In this document: in pieces, positions 20,663 through 29,920 of the stretch
Layout: every line of letters begins with the position of its first letter
Position numbering within the stretch: position 1 is the stretch's first letter
IMG/VR virus record: IMGVR_UViG_3300025821_000010
Strand: one strand, 5' to 3'
DNA: 64,000 bases
Source of the DNA: an uncultured virus (IMG/VR IMGVR_UViG_3300025821_000010)
Lineage: Duplodnaviria; Heunggongvirae; Uroviricota; Caudoviricetes
The notes under the pieces: model-generated
Seen by the model: only the letters and a program-made list of their open reading frames with translations
Told to the model about the DNA's origin: nothing
The model's database searches: none
Translations under genes and position numbers: made by a program

Positions 20663-21394
20663 ATGGCAATAAACGTAGATACAGTTTACAAAACAGTTCT
20701 GTTAATACTCAATAAAGAACAAAGGGGTTATGTAACACCTGATGAGTTTAATAAGATAGGTACGCAAGTTCAATTAGAAATATTTGAAAAGTACTTTGAA
20801 GATCTTAATCAACAACTACGCGTGCCACAAGCTGACAGCGAATATGCTAACAGACAAAAAAATATAGACAACAATATCTCTATTTTTAAAACAATTGGAG
20901 ATTGTACATACAATGTTGGTGGTTATTTTTTACCACCAAGTGATACACATAGAATTGGTACTGTAATTTATAAAGATGAAGTGGAATTACAAAGAGTTCA
21001 AAGAAACGAACTTCTTAATATAAACATGTCTAAACTTACGAAGCCAACAACAACCCACCCTATATACGTTTACGAAGACGGAACTACTACAAATCCGCCG
21101 CGTGTATATGTTTATCCAAAAACTATAACTACAGCTTCTGATGTGACGGTTTCTTATATAAGAAAACCAGCCAATGTTGTTTGGGGTTACCAGCAATTAG
21201 GTGGTGGAACCTGGACTTCAGGCCCATACATATATAATCCTGCAACGTCTACTCAGTTTGAATTAGACGCAACAGAACAAACAAACGTAATAACAAATGT
21301 ATTACTGTATATGGGTATTGTTATTAAAGATCCTCAAATAATACAAGTTGCAGCGCAACAAGCTCAAGCAGAAGAAGTAAATAAAAAAAGCTAA
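20663..21394 (+). CDS. Head-tail adaptor/ring protein (putative)
   Basis: LNKEQRGYVTPDEFN, YIRKP..V.WGY; position in structural module. Confidence 0.55.
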   Translation: MAINVDTVYKTVLLILNKEQRGYVTPDEFNKIGTQVQLEIFEKYFEDLNQQLRVPQADSEYANRQKNIDNNISIFKTIGDCTYNVGGYFLPPSDTHRIGTVIYKDEVELQRVQRNELLNINMSKLTKPTTTHPIYVYEDGTTTNPPRVYVYPKTITTASDVTVSYIRKPANVVWGYQQLGGGTWTSGPYIYNPATSTQFELDATEQTNVITNVLLYMGIVIKDPQIIQVAAQQAQAEEVNKKS

Positions 21395-21400
21395 TAGATT

Positions 21401-22624
21401 ATGTCTAAACCAAATAACGGCTTAATAACCGAAACAAATAGCCAATACTACGCTGGATCACAGAGTTTTACTACTACTGCAGGACAAACTTCTTTTGTTT
21501 CTACATTTAACACTGATTTAGTTTTTGGTAATTATAGTCCTAATACTACTGACTATGGTTTAAATAACTTTGTCTTATACTTTAGCACGAGTGGACTTCC
21601 TGGAACTTTCAACGAATACATACAAGCTTACACTGTTGTAGATAATACAATAAATTTAGCTGTAGCTTTACCAGCTGGTAGTTACATTGTCATACAGTTA
21701 AAAAGTAACGATGGTGGTAATTACGGGGACGAAGATGCTTATGGTGACGCTGTTGAAAACAACTACGGTGGATATGAGTATGTAACTTTAAATGATATTA
21801 TAAATAACTTTTTGGTTGCTTACGTTGGCGCAGGTAAGTTAATATCTGATGTTAAAAGAACTGATGTTATATTTCACGCTAAAAGAGGTTTACAAGAGTT
21901 TAGTTACGATACATTAAAAAGTATTAAATCTCAAGAATTAAGTATACCACCAAGTTTAAGCTTGCCTTTACCACAAGATTACGTTAACTATGTTAAAGTT
22001 TCTTGGGTAGATCAATTAGGTGTTAAACATCAAATATTTCCAACACAACTTACTAGTAATCCATATACTACACCTGTTCAAGATAATAACGGTATACCTA
22101 TTCAGGACAACTACGAAGAAAACTTACAAGGATCTTCTCAAACAGAAGAAAGATGGAGTGTTGCTAATAAAAGAGAAATAAACAATATTGCTTCTATTGA
22201 AAATTACAACGAAGGTTTAGATGGTGAAAACTACTGGTGGGACGATGGAAACTTCTTTGGTAGAGCGTATGGTCTTGATCCTCAAAACGCAAATATAAAT
22301 GGCTACTTTACATTAAACCCGAGAGAAGGTAAAATATCTTTTTCAAGCGATTTAGTTGGAGCGTTAGTTATATTAGAATATATTTCAGATGGTCTAGCTT
22401 ATGACATGGCCACTAAAGTTCCTAAAATGGCTGAGGAAGCTATGTACAAACATCTTATGTATAGCATACTTTCTACTCGCGCTAATCAACCTGAATACGT
22501 AGTACAGAGATTTAAAAGAGAAAGATCTGCTGAACTTAGAAACACTAAAATAAGATTATCAAATATAAAGCTTAGTGAAGTAATACAGCAAATGCGAGGT
22601 AAGTCTAAGTGGATTAAACATTAA
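21401..22624 (+). CDS. Tail ring/structural protein (putative)
   Basis: LPQDYVNYVKVSW, LEYISDGL; position. Confidence 0.5.
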   Translation: MSKPNNGLITETNSQYYAGSQSFTTTAGQTSFVSTFNTDLVFGNYSPNTTDYGLNNFVLYFSTSGLPGTFNEYIQAYTVVDNTINLAVALPAGSYIVIQLKSNDGGNYGDEDAYGDAVENNYGGYEYVTLNDIINNFLVAYVGAGKLISDVKRTDVIFHAKRGLQEFSYDTLKSIKSQELSIPPSLSLPLPQDYVNYVKVSWVDQLGVKHQIFPTQLTSNPYTTPVQDNNGIPIQDNYEENLQGSSQTEERWSVANKREINNIASIENYNEGLDGENYWWDDGNFFGRAYGLDPQNANINGYFTLNPREGKISFSSDLVGALVILEYISDGLAYDMATKVPKMAEEAMYKHLMYSILSTRANQPEYVVQRFKRERSAELRNTKIRLSNIKLSEVIQQMRGKSKWIKH

Positions 22625-22628
22625 TTAA

Positions 22629-25600
22629 ATGGCTGAAATTAAAAATAATTTTATAAGAGCCAAGATGAACAAAGATCTGGATGACAGACTTGTTCCTCCT
22701 GGAGAATATAGAAATGCTCAAAATATATCTATAAGTAGATCGGAAGGTTCTGATGTTGGTGCTTTAGAAAATATTTTGGGTAACTCTGTTATATCTTCTA
22801 CTGTATTAAATATACCAAACATAGATGTTATAGGTTTTTTAACTGATAACGCTACGAATAATATATACTTATTTTTAACAGACTATACCGATACTTCAGT
22901 TAGTGGTATATCTAATTTTGCACCATCAAATGCAAACTGTATCATATCAAGATACAACACTTCTACAAAAATATACACTAAACTCGTTCAAGGTAGATTT
23001 TTAAACTTTGCTAAAAACAATCCTATAATTGGTGTAAATATACTTGAAGATCTTTTATTCTTTACTGATAATAGAAATCAACCAAGAAAAATAAATGTTG
23101 ACTTAGCTAATCCTAACAGTAGCTTAAGTCCAACTTATTATTCTAGTGAAGACACTATTTCTGTAGCAAAACCAGCGCCATTAGAAGCAATAAAGCTGGT
23201 TAATATAGCTCAAGGATTACCATTAGAATCTACAATGATAAATCCTGCTCAAGAGTTTATGCCTGATGGTACTACACCAAACCCTGATTATAATGCTAGC
23301 TGGGCTGGTGATCCTAATTTTTTACAAGATAAATTCGTAAGATTTAGTTATAGATATAAGTTTGATGATGGAGAATATTCTTTAATGGCTCCATTTACAC
23401 AAACATGCTTTATACCTAAGCAACAAGGTTATTTTTTAGATGGTGATCAAGAAGAAGCCTACAGAAGTACTATAGTGCAGTTTGTAGAAAACAATGTAAC
23501 ACAAATAGGTTTAAACATACCTTTTCAAACTGAAAATCCAGAAACTGATCTACACATAAGTGAATTAGAAATAATATACAGAGAATCAGATACAACAAAT
23601 ATAAAAGTTGTTGAGTCTATTCCTGTAAACTCTGTAGTTAACAAAATGAAGTCTAATGTAAACAAAAAGGTTTACAATTTTACTTATATATCTACAAAGC
23701 CATATAAGACACTACCAGCTGATCAAGGCACTAGAGTTTATGATATGGTACCAGTTAGGGCTTTAGCTCAAGAGGTTTCAGGAAACAGGGTAATGTATGG
23801 TAACTTTTACGATAGAATGTCACCGCCTAAGTCTATAGATTATGGCGTTGGTTATTCTTTAAAGCTACAAGACAGTCAAGTAGAATATCCTAACCACACT
23901 ACGAAACAAAATAGAAACTATCAAGTTGGTATTGTTTTATCGGATAAATTTGGTAGACAATCTTCTGTTGTTTTATCTTCAAAAGATACAGGAGAAAATG
24001 AAGAAGGAATACAATACGGTGGGTCAACTATATACTTACCTTATTTTAATGGAAATCTATCAGATATATTAAGTTGGCCAGGTTATGCATTGAGAGTTTT
24101 ATTTAATTCTCCAATACCTTCTAATTTAAATATAGAAGGTTATCCTGGTTTATACAGCGAAACTAATCCATTAGGTTGGTATTCATACAAAGTAGTTGTT
24201 AGGCAACAAGAGCAGGATTATTACAATGTGTTCCTGCCTGGTATATTAAACGGTTATCCCAATGGTACTACTAATTTTAATACTGAGGTTGATCAAACAG
24301 CTAACATCGTACTAATAAACGATAACATAAATAAAATTCCAAGGGATTTATCCGAGGTTGGTCCTGATCAAAGACAATATAGAAGTAGTGTGCAAATATT
24401 TGGTAGAGTAACACCAGATCCTTTAGATTCTACTTTAAACAAACAATACAAGCCTGGTATATTATCTGATACTGTAGTTTCAATATCCACAGTAAACGAT
24501 ACTAACTATAATGAAACGCAAGGAGTAAATTTAGTATATCCTGAATTTTACCAAAGTGAAACTAATCCACTTATAGGTAGAATAAGTACGCAACAATCCA
24601 TAGGTGTTGTTGGTAGTGCTACATATAATATAACTTTAGGTATTTATGAAACTTCACCTGTTGTTTCATTACTTGATATATATTGGGAAACCAGCACAAC
24701 TGGTTTAATATCTGAATTAAATCAAGCTATAAGCCAAGGATTTGCTGGGCCTTACTTTATTAACTTAAATGGTGGTTATAATCAAAACGAAGGAATGGCA
24801 TTAGGCACTAAAATAGTTAGTGGTGCTTACACAGAGGATAGTAATAACTTACCAATAGTAACTCCTGTTAATTTTACCTTTAGTTCTGTTATTGATGGGA
24901 ATGGAGTGAATAGAACAAATGAATTTACCATATCTAAAACACCCAACTCTGCGTATCAATTTGATATAGCTACAAATGGTTTGTTTTATTACGGATCAAA
25001 CTCATCTTATGATTTAGGTAATAGATCTTTTACGTTTACAATTAATTGCCAAGATACAGTTGGAGGCACAACAGAACAATTACAATTTACGGGATCAATT
25101 CAAAATGTAGCACCTACTATAACAAATTGCCCTGCAACACAAATATTACTAGAAGGTCTAACTTCTCCATGGGAAGTTTATACCATGCAAGGAAACAATG
25201 GTTCTTTAGTTGATTCAACACAAGGGTTAACTTGGAGTATACAAAGCGTTAGTTACAACGGAACATTAATAGAGAATCAAGAGTTATTTACAATAGATGA
25301 AATATCTGGTGTTATTAATCAGCCAAACGGCGATGCCCAAAAAACAGGTAACTATCAATTAGTTATAGGGTTGCAAGATGCTGGAGGATTAACCTCATTA
25401 AATTGTGATCTTTATGTTTCTTTTGGCGTGCCGCAAGAAATTTCTATAGAGTTTTATTTAGAAACTCCTTATTCAGATGACTGGAACGTTGAATGGATTA
25501 CTGTTGATGGAACTAGGCAACAATCATTGCCTGGCCCTTGTAATTCTGGATGTCAAACAATTAACACTAGATCAGTGCCAAGTAACAACACTATGACTGC

Positions 25601-25775
25601 TAGAGTAAGTAATATTTCTAATCCATTAGCAGATGTAGCTCAATATTCGTTTATAGTTGACAACGTAACAGTTAACACTCAAACAAAACAACCACCATTT
25701 GATGCAACAGTAGAATATACTTTTACAAATGTACAAGCACAGTCTGAATACAAGGTAGAAGTGTACTATGGTTAG
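22629..25775 (+). CDS. Tail nozzle/stabilisation protein, N-terminal part with Ig/cadherin-like C-terminal extension
   Basis: KMNKDLDDRLVP.GEYRNAQNI start; LFFTDNRNQPRKIN; FSYRYKFDDGEYS; RVMYGNF. Confidence 0.65.
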   Translation: MAEIKNNFIRAKMNKDLDDRLVPPGEYRNAQNISISRSEGSDVGALENILGNSVISSTVLNIPNIDVIGFLTDNATNNIYLFLTDYTDTSVSGISNFAPSNANCIISRYNTSTKIYTKLVQGRFLNFAKNNPIIGVNILEDLLFFTDNRNQPRKINVDLANPNSSLSPTYYSSEDTISVAKPAPLEAIKLVNIAQGLPLESTMINPAQEFMPDGTTPNPDYNASWAGDPNFLQDKFVRFSYRYKFDDGEYSLMAPFTQTCFIPKQQGYFLDGDQEEAYRSTIVQFVENNVTQIGLNIPFQTENPETDLHISELEIIYRESDTTNIKVVESIPVNSVVNKMKSNVNKKVYNFTYISTKPYKTLPADQGTRVYDMVPVRALAQEVSGNRVMYGNFYDRMSPPKSIDYGVGYSLKLQDSQVEYPNHTTKQNRNYQVGIVLSDKFGRQSSVVLSSKDTGENEEGIQYGGSTIYLPYFNGNLSDILSWPGYALRVLFNSPIPSNLNIEGYPGLYSETNPLGWYSYKVVVRQQEQDYYNVFLPGILNGYPNGTTNFNTEVDQTANIVLINDNINKIPRDLSEVGPDQRQYRSSVQIFGRVTPDPLDSTLNKQYKPGILSDTVVSISTVNDTNYNETQGVNLVYPEFYQSETNPLIGRISTQQSIGVVGSATYNITLGIYETSPVVSLLDIYWETSTTGLISELNQAISQGFAGPYFINLNGGYNQNEGMALGTKIVSGAYTEDSNNLPIVTPVNFTFSSVIDGNGVNRTNEFTISKTPNSAYQFDIATNGLFYYGSNSSYDLGNRSFTFTINCQDTVGGTTEQLQFTGSIQNVAPTITNCPATQILLEGLTSPWEVYTMQGNNGSLVDSTQGLTWSIQSVSYNGTLIENQELFTIDEISGVINQPNGDAQKTGNYQLVIGLQDAGGLTSLNCDLYVSFGVPQEISIEFYLETPYSDDWNVEWITVDGTRQQSLPGPCNSGCQTINTRSVPSNNTMTARVSNISNPLADVAQYSFIVDNVTVNTQTKQPPFDATVEYTFTNVQAQSEYKVEVYYG

Positions 25776-25810
25776 TATTAAATATTTACAAAAATAAGTG
25801 ATTATAAATT

Positions 25811-27208
25811 ATGGCAGCATCAATAGAAGTATCATACTTTAATTCGTTTTGGTTAAAACAGGTTCGTAATTCAAGCGATGAAGTTGTTTGGCCAAATGGT
25901 TATCCGTATCAAAACACTTTTCCTGGAACTGCCGCGGCTGGAGACAACAATTGGTTTATTGAAGAATCAAGAATTAGAGGAGGTTATAACAATACACAAG
26001 TAGATTTAGGCGTAAAAGCATATTTAGTTGAAGATGAATCTCAGCAACAGCATCGTTCCAATGCTTTAATATACTCAGGTATATTTAATTCAAGAACTGG
26101 TGTTAATAATACAAATCAATTTTCAGTAGGCGAGAGCATAACTAAAGCTACAGATCCAGCAAATGGATCAATTCAAAAGCTTTATGCTGAAGATACAAAC
26201 TTAATAGTGTTTCAAGAGAACAAAGTCAGTAGGGCTTTAATAGATAAAGACGCTATATACTCTGCCGAAGGAAACGCGGCTGTAACATCAACGCAGTTAG
26301 TAATAGGACAAATAGTTCCTTACGCTGGTAACTTTGGTATAAGTAAAAACCCAGAAAGCTTTGCTGTGTATGGTTATCAAAAATACTTTGCTGACAAAGA
26401 TCGTAATGCTGTTTTAAGGCTATCTATGGATGGTTTAACGGAAATTTCAGGTTATGGAATGTCTGATTATTTTAGAGACAATCTAAGCAGTATAGGTGAG
26501 TCAGGTAAAATCATAGGTGGTTATGATATTCATAATAAAAACTATACTTTATCTTTGCAGAAAACACCTGCTTGGCAAGAAAATACTGATAACACTTCTA
26601 ACTATGCGACTTTAACTTTTGATGAGCTAGTGAATGGTTGGAATAGTTTTTATACTTACAAACCTACAGCTATAGGAAGTCTTAAGAATAAGTTTTATAG
26701 TTTTAAAAATGGTTCTATATATGAACATTATACAAATTACAATGGTAACAATAGGGGTTATTTCTATGGTTCTTACGCACCATCAAATATAACTTTTATA
26801 TTTAACGAAAATTCTTCCGTATCTAAAAACTTCCAAACAGTAAACTATGAAGGTGATAATGGTTGGCAAGTTACAAGCTTTAATTCAGACGCTCAAAGAT
26901 ATGATTATGTAAATAATGGTTGGGTTAGTTATGACGACAAAACAGCTCAAGTGCCTAGCTATAGTCAAACGTACAACGATGGTGGAGTTGTATATAGACT
27001 TGGATTTGATAGAAAAGAAAACAAATACTTTGCAAATTTAATAAATAACAGCGCAGCCAGAGACGGCGAAGTAGTATGGGGTAATGAAATGTCTGGTATT
27101 AAAGGATATTTTGCTACTGTTACTTTTTCAACAGATGCAATAACAGACGTTGGAGGAGCAAAAGAATTATGGAGTGTTGGATCTAAATTTGTAGTATCTT
27201 CGTATTAA
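25811..27208 (+). CDS. Tail nozzle/stabilisation protein, C-terminal part
   Basis: GSIQKLYAEDTNL, FGISKNPESFA, W.SFY.YKP beta-propeller-like motifs. Confidence 0.6.
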   Translation: MAASIEVSYFNSFWLKQVRNSSDEVVWPNGYPYQNTFPGTAAAGDNNWFIEESRIRGGYNNTQVDLGVKAYLVEDESQQQHRSNALIYSGIFNSRTGVNNTNQFSVGESITKATDPANGSIQKLYAEDTNLIVFQENKVSRALIDKDAIYSAEGNAAVTSTQLVIGQIVPYAGNFGISKNPESFAVYGYQKYFADKDRNAVLRLSMDGLTEISGYGMSDYFRDNLSSIGESGKIIGGYDIHNKNYTLSLQKTPAWQENTDNTSNYATLTFDELVNGWNSFYTYKPTAIGSLKNKFYSFKNGSIYEHYTNYNGNNRGYFYGSYAPSNITFIFNENSSVSKNFQTVNYEGDNGWQVTSFNSDAQRYDYVNNGWVSYDDKTAQVPSYSQTYNDGGVVYRLGFDRKENKYFANLINNSAARDGEVVWGNEMSGIKGYFATVTFSTDAITDVGGAKELWSVGSKFVVSSY

Positions 27209-27218
27209 ATTAAATTAT

Positions 27219-27674
27219 ATGTCAAAAGAATTAACGAAATCTGTTAAAGAAAAAAGACAACAGATATTAGATTTTGAAGCTACATTGTTATCAATGCAAG
27301 ATCAAGATGGTGTTTACTTAGGTGATAATCACAAACACCCACTTAAACATGTTTTTACTGAAGGCATATATTTAAGAGAACTAAGATTAGAGGAGGGCAC
27401 AACAATAGTAGGTAAAATACACAAAGAAGATCATATAGTTTTTTTGCTACATGGTATAGTAGCTGTTGCTACAGATAACGGAGTTCAAGAGTATGAAGGT
27501 CCGTGTTATATAAAATCTCCTGGCGGAGTGAAACGTGTTGCTCACGCTATAACAGATATTATATGGGTTAACATTCACGCTAATCCTACAAACACACAGG
27601 ATTTAGAAGAATTAGAAAACAATATAATAGCTAAAGATTATTTAGAATATGAAGAATTTAAAAAACTTAAATAA
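27219..27674 (+). CDS. Cupin-fold protein
   Basis: HVFTEGIYLRE...GKIHK.DH...SPGGVKR...WVNIH. Confidence 0.6.
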   Translation: MSKELTKSVKEKRQQILDFEATLLSMQDQDGVYLGDNHKHPLKHVFTEGIYLRELRLEEGTTIVGKIHKEDHIVFLLHGIVAVATDNGVQEYEGPCYIKSPGGVKRVAHAITDIIWVNIHANPTNTQDLEELENNIIAKDYLEYEEFKKLK

Positions 27675-27680
27675 TACACT

Positions 27681-28403
27681 ATGTCATTTGGAGTAGTAGC
27701 AATAGTAGGTGGTGCTTTAGCTGTTGGTGGAGCTGTAACTGGTGCTATTTCTTCTGGTAAACAAGCTAGAAGAGCTAGATTAAACGCCAAGTCATTAACT
27801 GGAGAGTTGGAAGCTTTAGAAAAGAAAAGACAAACAATTATTAATCCATACGAAAACGTAAAGGATTTATCATCTATGATAACAGATGTTAGTGGCATGG
27901 CTTCAAATCCTTATGCAAATCTAGGTGTTGCCACTCAAGCTGCTCAAATTCAAGTGGAAGAAGCTGATATATCACTAGCAAACGCTTTAGATACAATTAG
28001 AGCTACGGGATCTGGAGCAGGTGGCGCTACAGCTTTAGCACAAGCTGCTTTGCAAAGTAAAAAAGGTGTTGCTGCTAGCATAGAACAACAAGAAGCTAAT
28101 AATGAACAATTAAGAGCTCAAGGAGAAGCTAACTTGCAAAATATCAAAATGTCTGAAGCTCAAAGAGTACAAGGAGCTTTAATGGGTGAACAAGGTAGAA
28201 TGCAACAAGCTGGTGTTTCTGGAGCTGAGTTCATGTATAGAGAACAAGAAAATAGAGAAATGCAACAGTTAAATAGAAAGCAGGCTCAAATAACAGGACA
28301 ACAACAACAACAAGTTGCGGCGCAACAAGCTCAAGCTGGATATATAAGTTCTGGTATTAGCGCTGTGGGTAATATAGGTGCTTCAGCTATAGGCGCTGCT
28401 TAA
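27681..28403 (+). CDS. Internal virion/DNA ejection protein (putative)
   Basis: Gly/Ala hydrophobic termini and Gln-rich coiled coil. Confidence 0.6.
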   Translation: MSFGVVAIVGGALAVGGAVTGAISSGKQARRARLNAKSLTGELEALEKKRQTIINPYENVKDLSSMITDVSGMASNPYANLGVATQAAQIQVEEADISLANALDTIRATGSGAGGATALAQAALQSKKGVAASIEQQEANNEQLRAQGEANLQNIKMSEAQRVQGALMGEQGRMQQAGVSGAEFMYREQENREMQQLNRKQAQITGQQQQQVAAQQAQAGYISSGISAVGNIGASAIGAA

Positions 28404-28428
28404 TTTTAGTTAGTAATAAAAATATAAA

Positions 28429-29919
28429 ATGGGAGCATACGAAAATCCAATTGCAGTAATAGATACAGAGTCAGCTAAAATATTTGCTAATGCAATTTCA
28501 AATATTGGTAAAACTGTTTCTGGTGTACTAGATCAAGAAGCACAAAGAAAATCAAAAGCTAAAGAAGAAGAAAGAGAATGGCTTGATTGGACTTTTAAAT
28601 ATACCAATGACAACCTAGATAAAGTGTATGATCAACTTCAAACAGTTGGTGTTAATAACGCTGAGGCTTTTAATGCTGTAAAAGGTTTAATAGATGAAAA
28701 AACTAGATTTGGTATATCCGCTAAAAGAGCTTCTACGCAAGAAGAACAAAACGAGTTGCTAACTAAAGCTAGTAAATACGAAAAAGGCATAAGATCTTTT
28801 ATAAACATTCAAAAAAACTTTAAAGAAAACGACGCGCTGTTCAATACAGAGTTTGTTGAGAATATAGATAAAGTAGGCAAAGAAGGTGGTGTCCCATTAA
28901 TAGGTAGTAAGAATAAAGAATACAACCTAGGCATGGCTATCAGAAGTGGTATAAATCCTGGTAAGGAAGAATTTTATTTTGACGAAAACAAAGGCAATTG
29001 GAGAGTAAAATATACTGGTGAAGAAATAACAAAAGCAGGTTTAGAATCAGTAGACATGGATGCAGCTATATTTGCTAGTTATGATCCTGGAACTATACCG
29101 GAAATATCTAAAAATATTTATAGTTTATTTTCAGAAAAATCTGAAACAAATCCTACTGGTCTAGGTTTTTTAGGAAAAGACAATCAATTATCACCTCAAT
29201 ACGTAGACACTGAAAATGTAAAATACCAATATTCTAAAGATGGTAAATTAAGGACTGAAATATTTCCAGCTAAAGTAAGTGAAATGACAGCTCAAGCAAC
29301 TACTTTTTTAACTGCTCAAGCTGAGGGATTATTAAAGTCAGGAGAACAAGCTCAAGTTGTGTGGCAAAACATACTTTCTAAAGGAGATGATAAATTAGAA
29401 CCAGGCGCTGACGGCAATGGTATATATGGTAAATCTTCAGAAGAAAAATTTATAAAAGCATACGTAGAAAAAGGTTTACAATCTATACCTAAATATAAAG
29501 TTGGTAAAACATCTGATTCTCCTGTTATTAAAACAACTACAACTAAAGAAGGAGCTGCTCAAGCAAAAGTTTACAATAAAGCTAAAACTTTAACAGACGA
29601 TATACTTAGAGCAAACTCAGGTAAAAATTCTAGATTTTTTATAAATAAAGAATTAGACGGTATGTCAATATCTTCTGCTCAATGGAGTGGTGACACTTTG
29701 AATCTTGTTTTAGACAAACCTTCTGGTGATGGCATAACAGAAATACCTAGAAAGTTTGAAATGAATAGAAGAGAAGACGTAGAAGATCTAGTAGCTTTGT
29801 TAGCGCAAGAAAGATATGGTAAAGATGCAAGCGCTGAGGAAATAAGAGATATGACCTCTATGATACTTAGAGAAAGACAAGCAGATAGACAACCTAAAAT
29901 AAACACTTCATACAAGTAA
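28429..29919 (+). CDS. Internal virion protein (putative)
   Basis: 496 aa between ejection-type genes. Confidence 0.5.
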   Translation: MGAYENPIAVIDTESAKIFANAISNIGKTVSGVLDQEAQRKSKAKEEEREWLDWTFKYTNDNLDKVYDQLQTVGVNNAEAFNAVKGLIDEKTRFGISAKRASTQEEQNELLTKASKYEKGIRSFINIQKNFKENDALFNTEFVENIDKVGKEGGVPLIGSKNKEYNLGMAIRSGINPGKEEFYFDENKGNWRVKYTGEEITKAGLESVDMDAAIFASYDPGTIPEISKNIYSLFSEKSETNPTGLGFLGKDNQLSPQYVDTENVKYQYSKDGKLRTEIFPAKVSEMTAQATTFLTAQAEGLLKSGEQAQVVWQNILSKGDDKLEPGADGNGIYGKSSEEKFIKAYVEKGLQSIPKYKVGKTSDSPVIKTTTTKEGAAQAKVYNKAKTLTDDILRANSGKNSRFFINKELDGMSISSAQWSGDTLNLVLDKPSGDGITEIPRKFEMNRREDVEDLVALLAQERYGKDASAEEIRDMTSMILRERQADRQPKINTSYK

Positions 29920-29920
29920 T

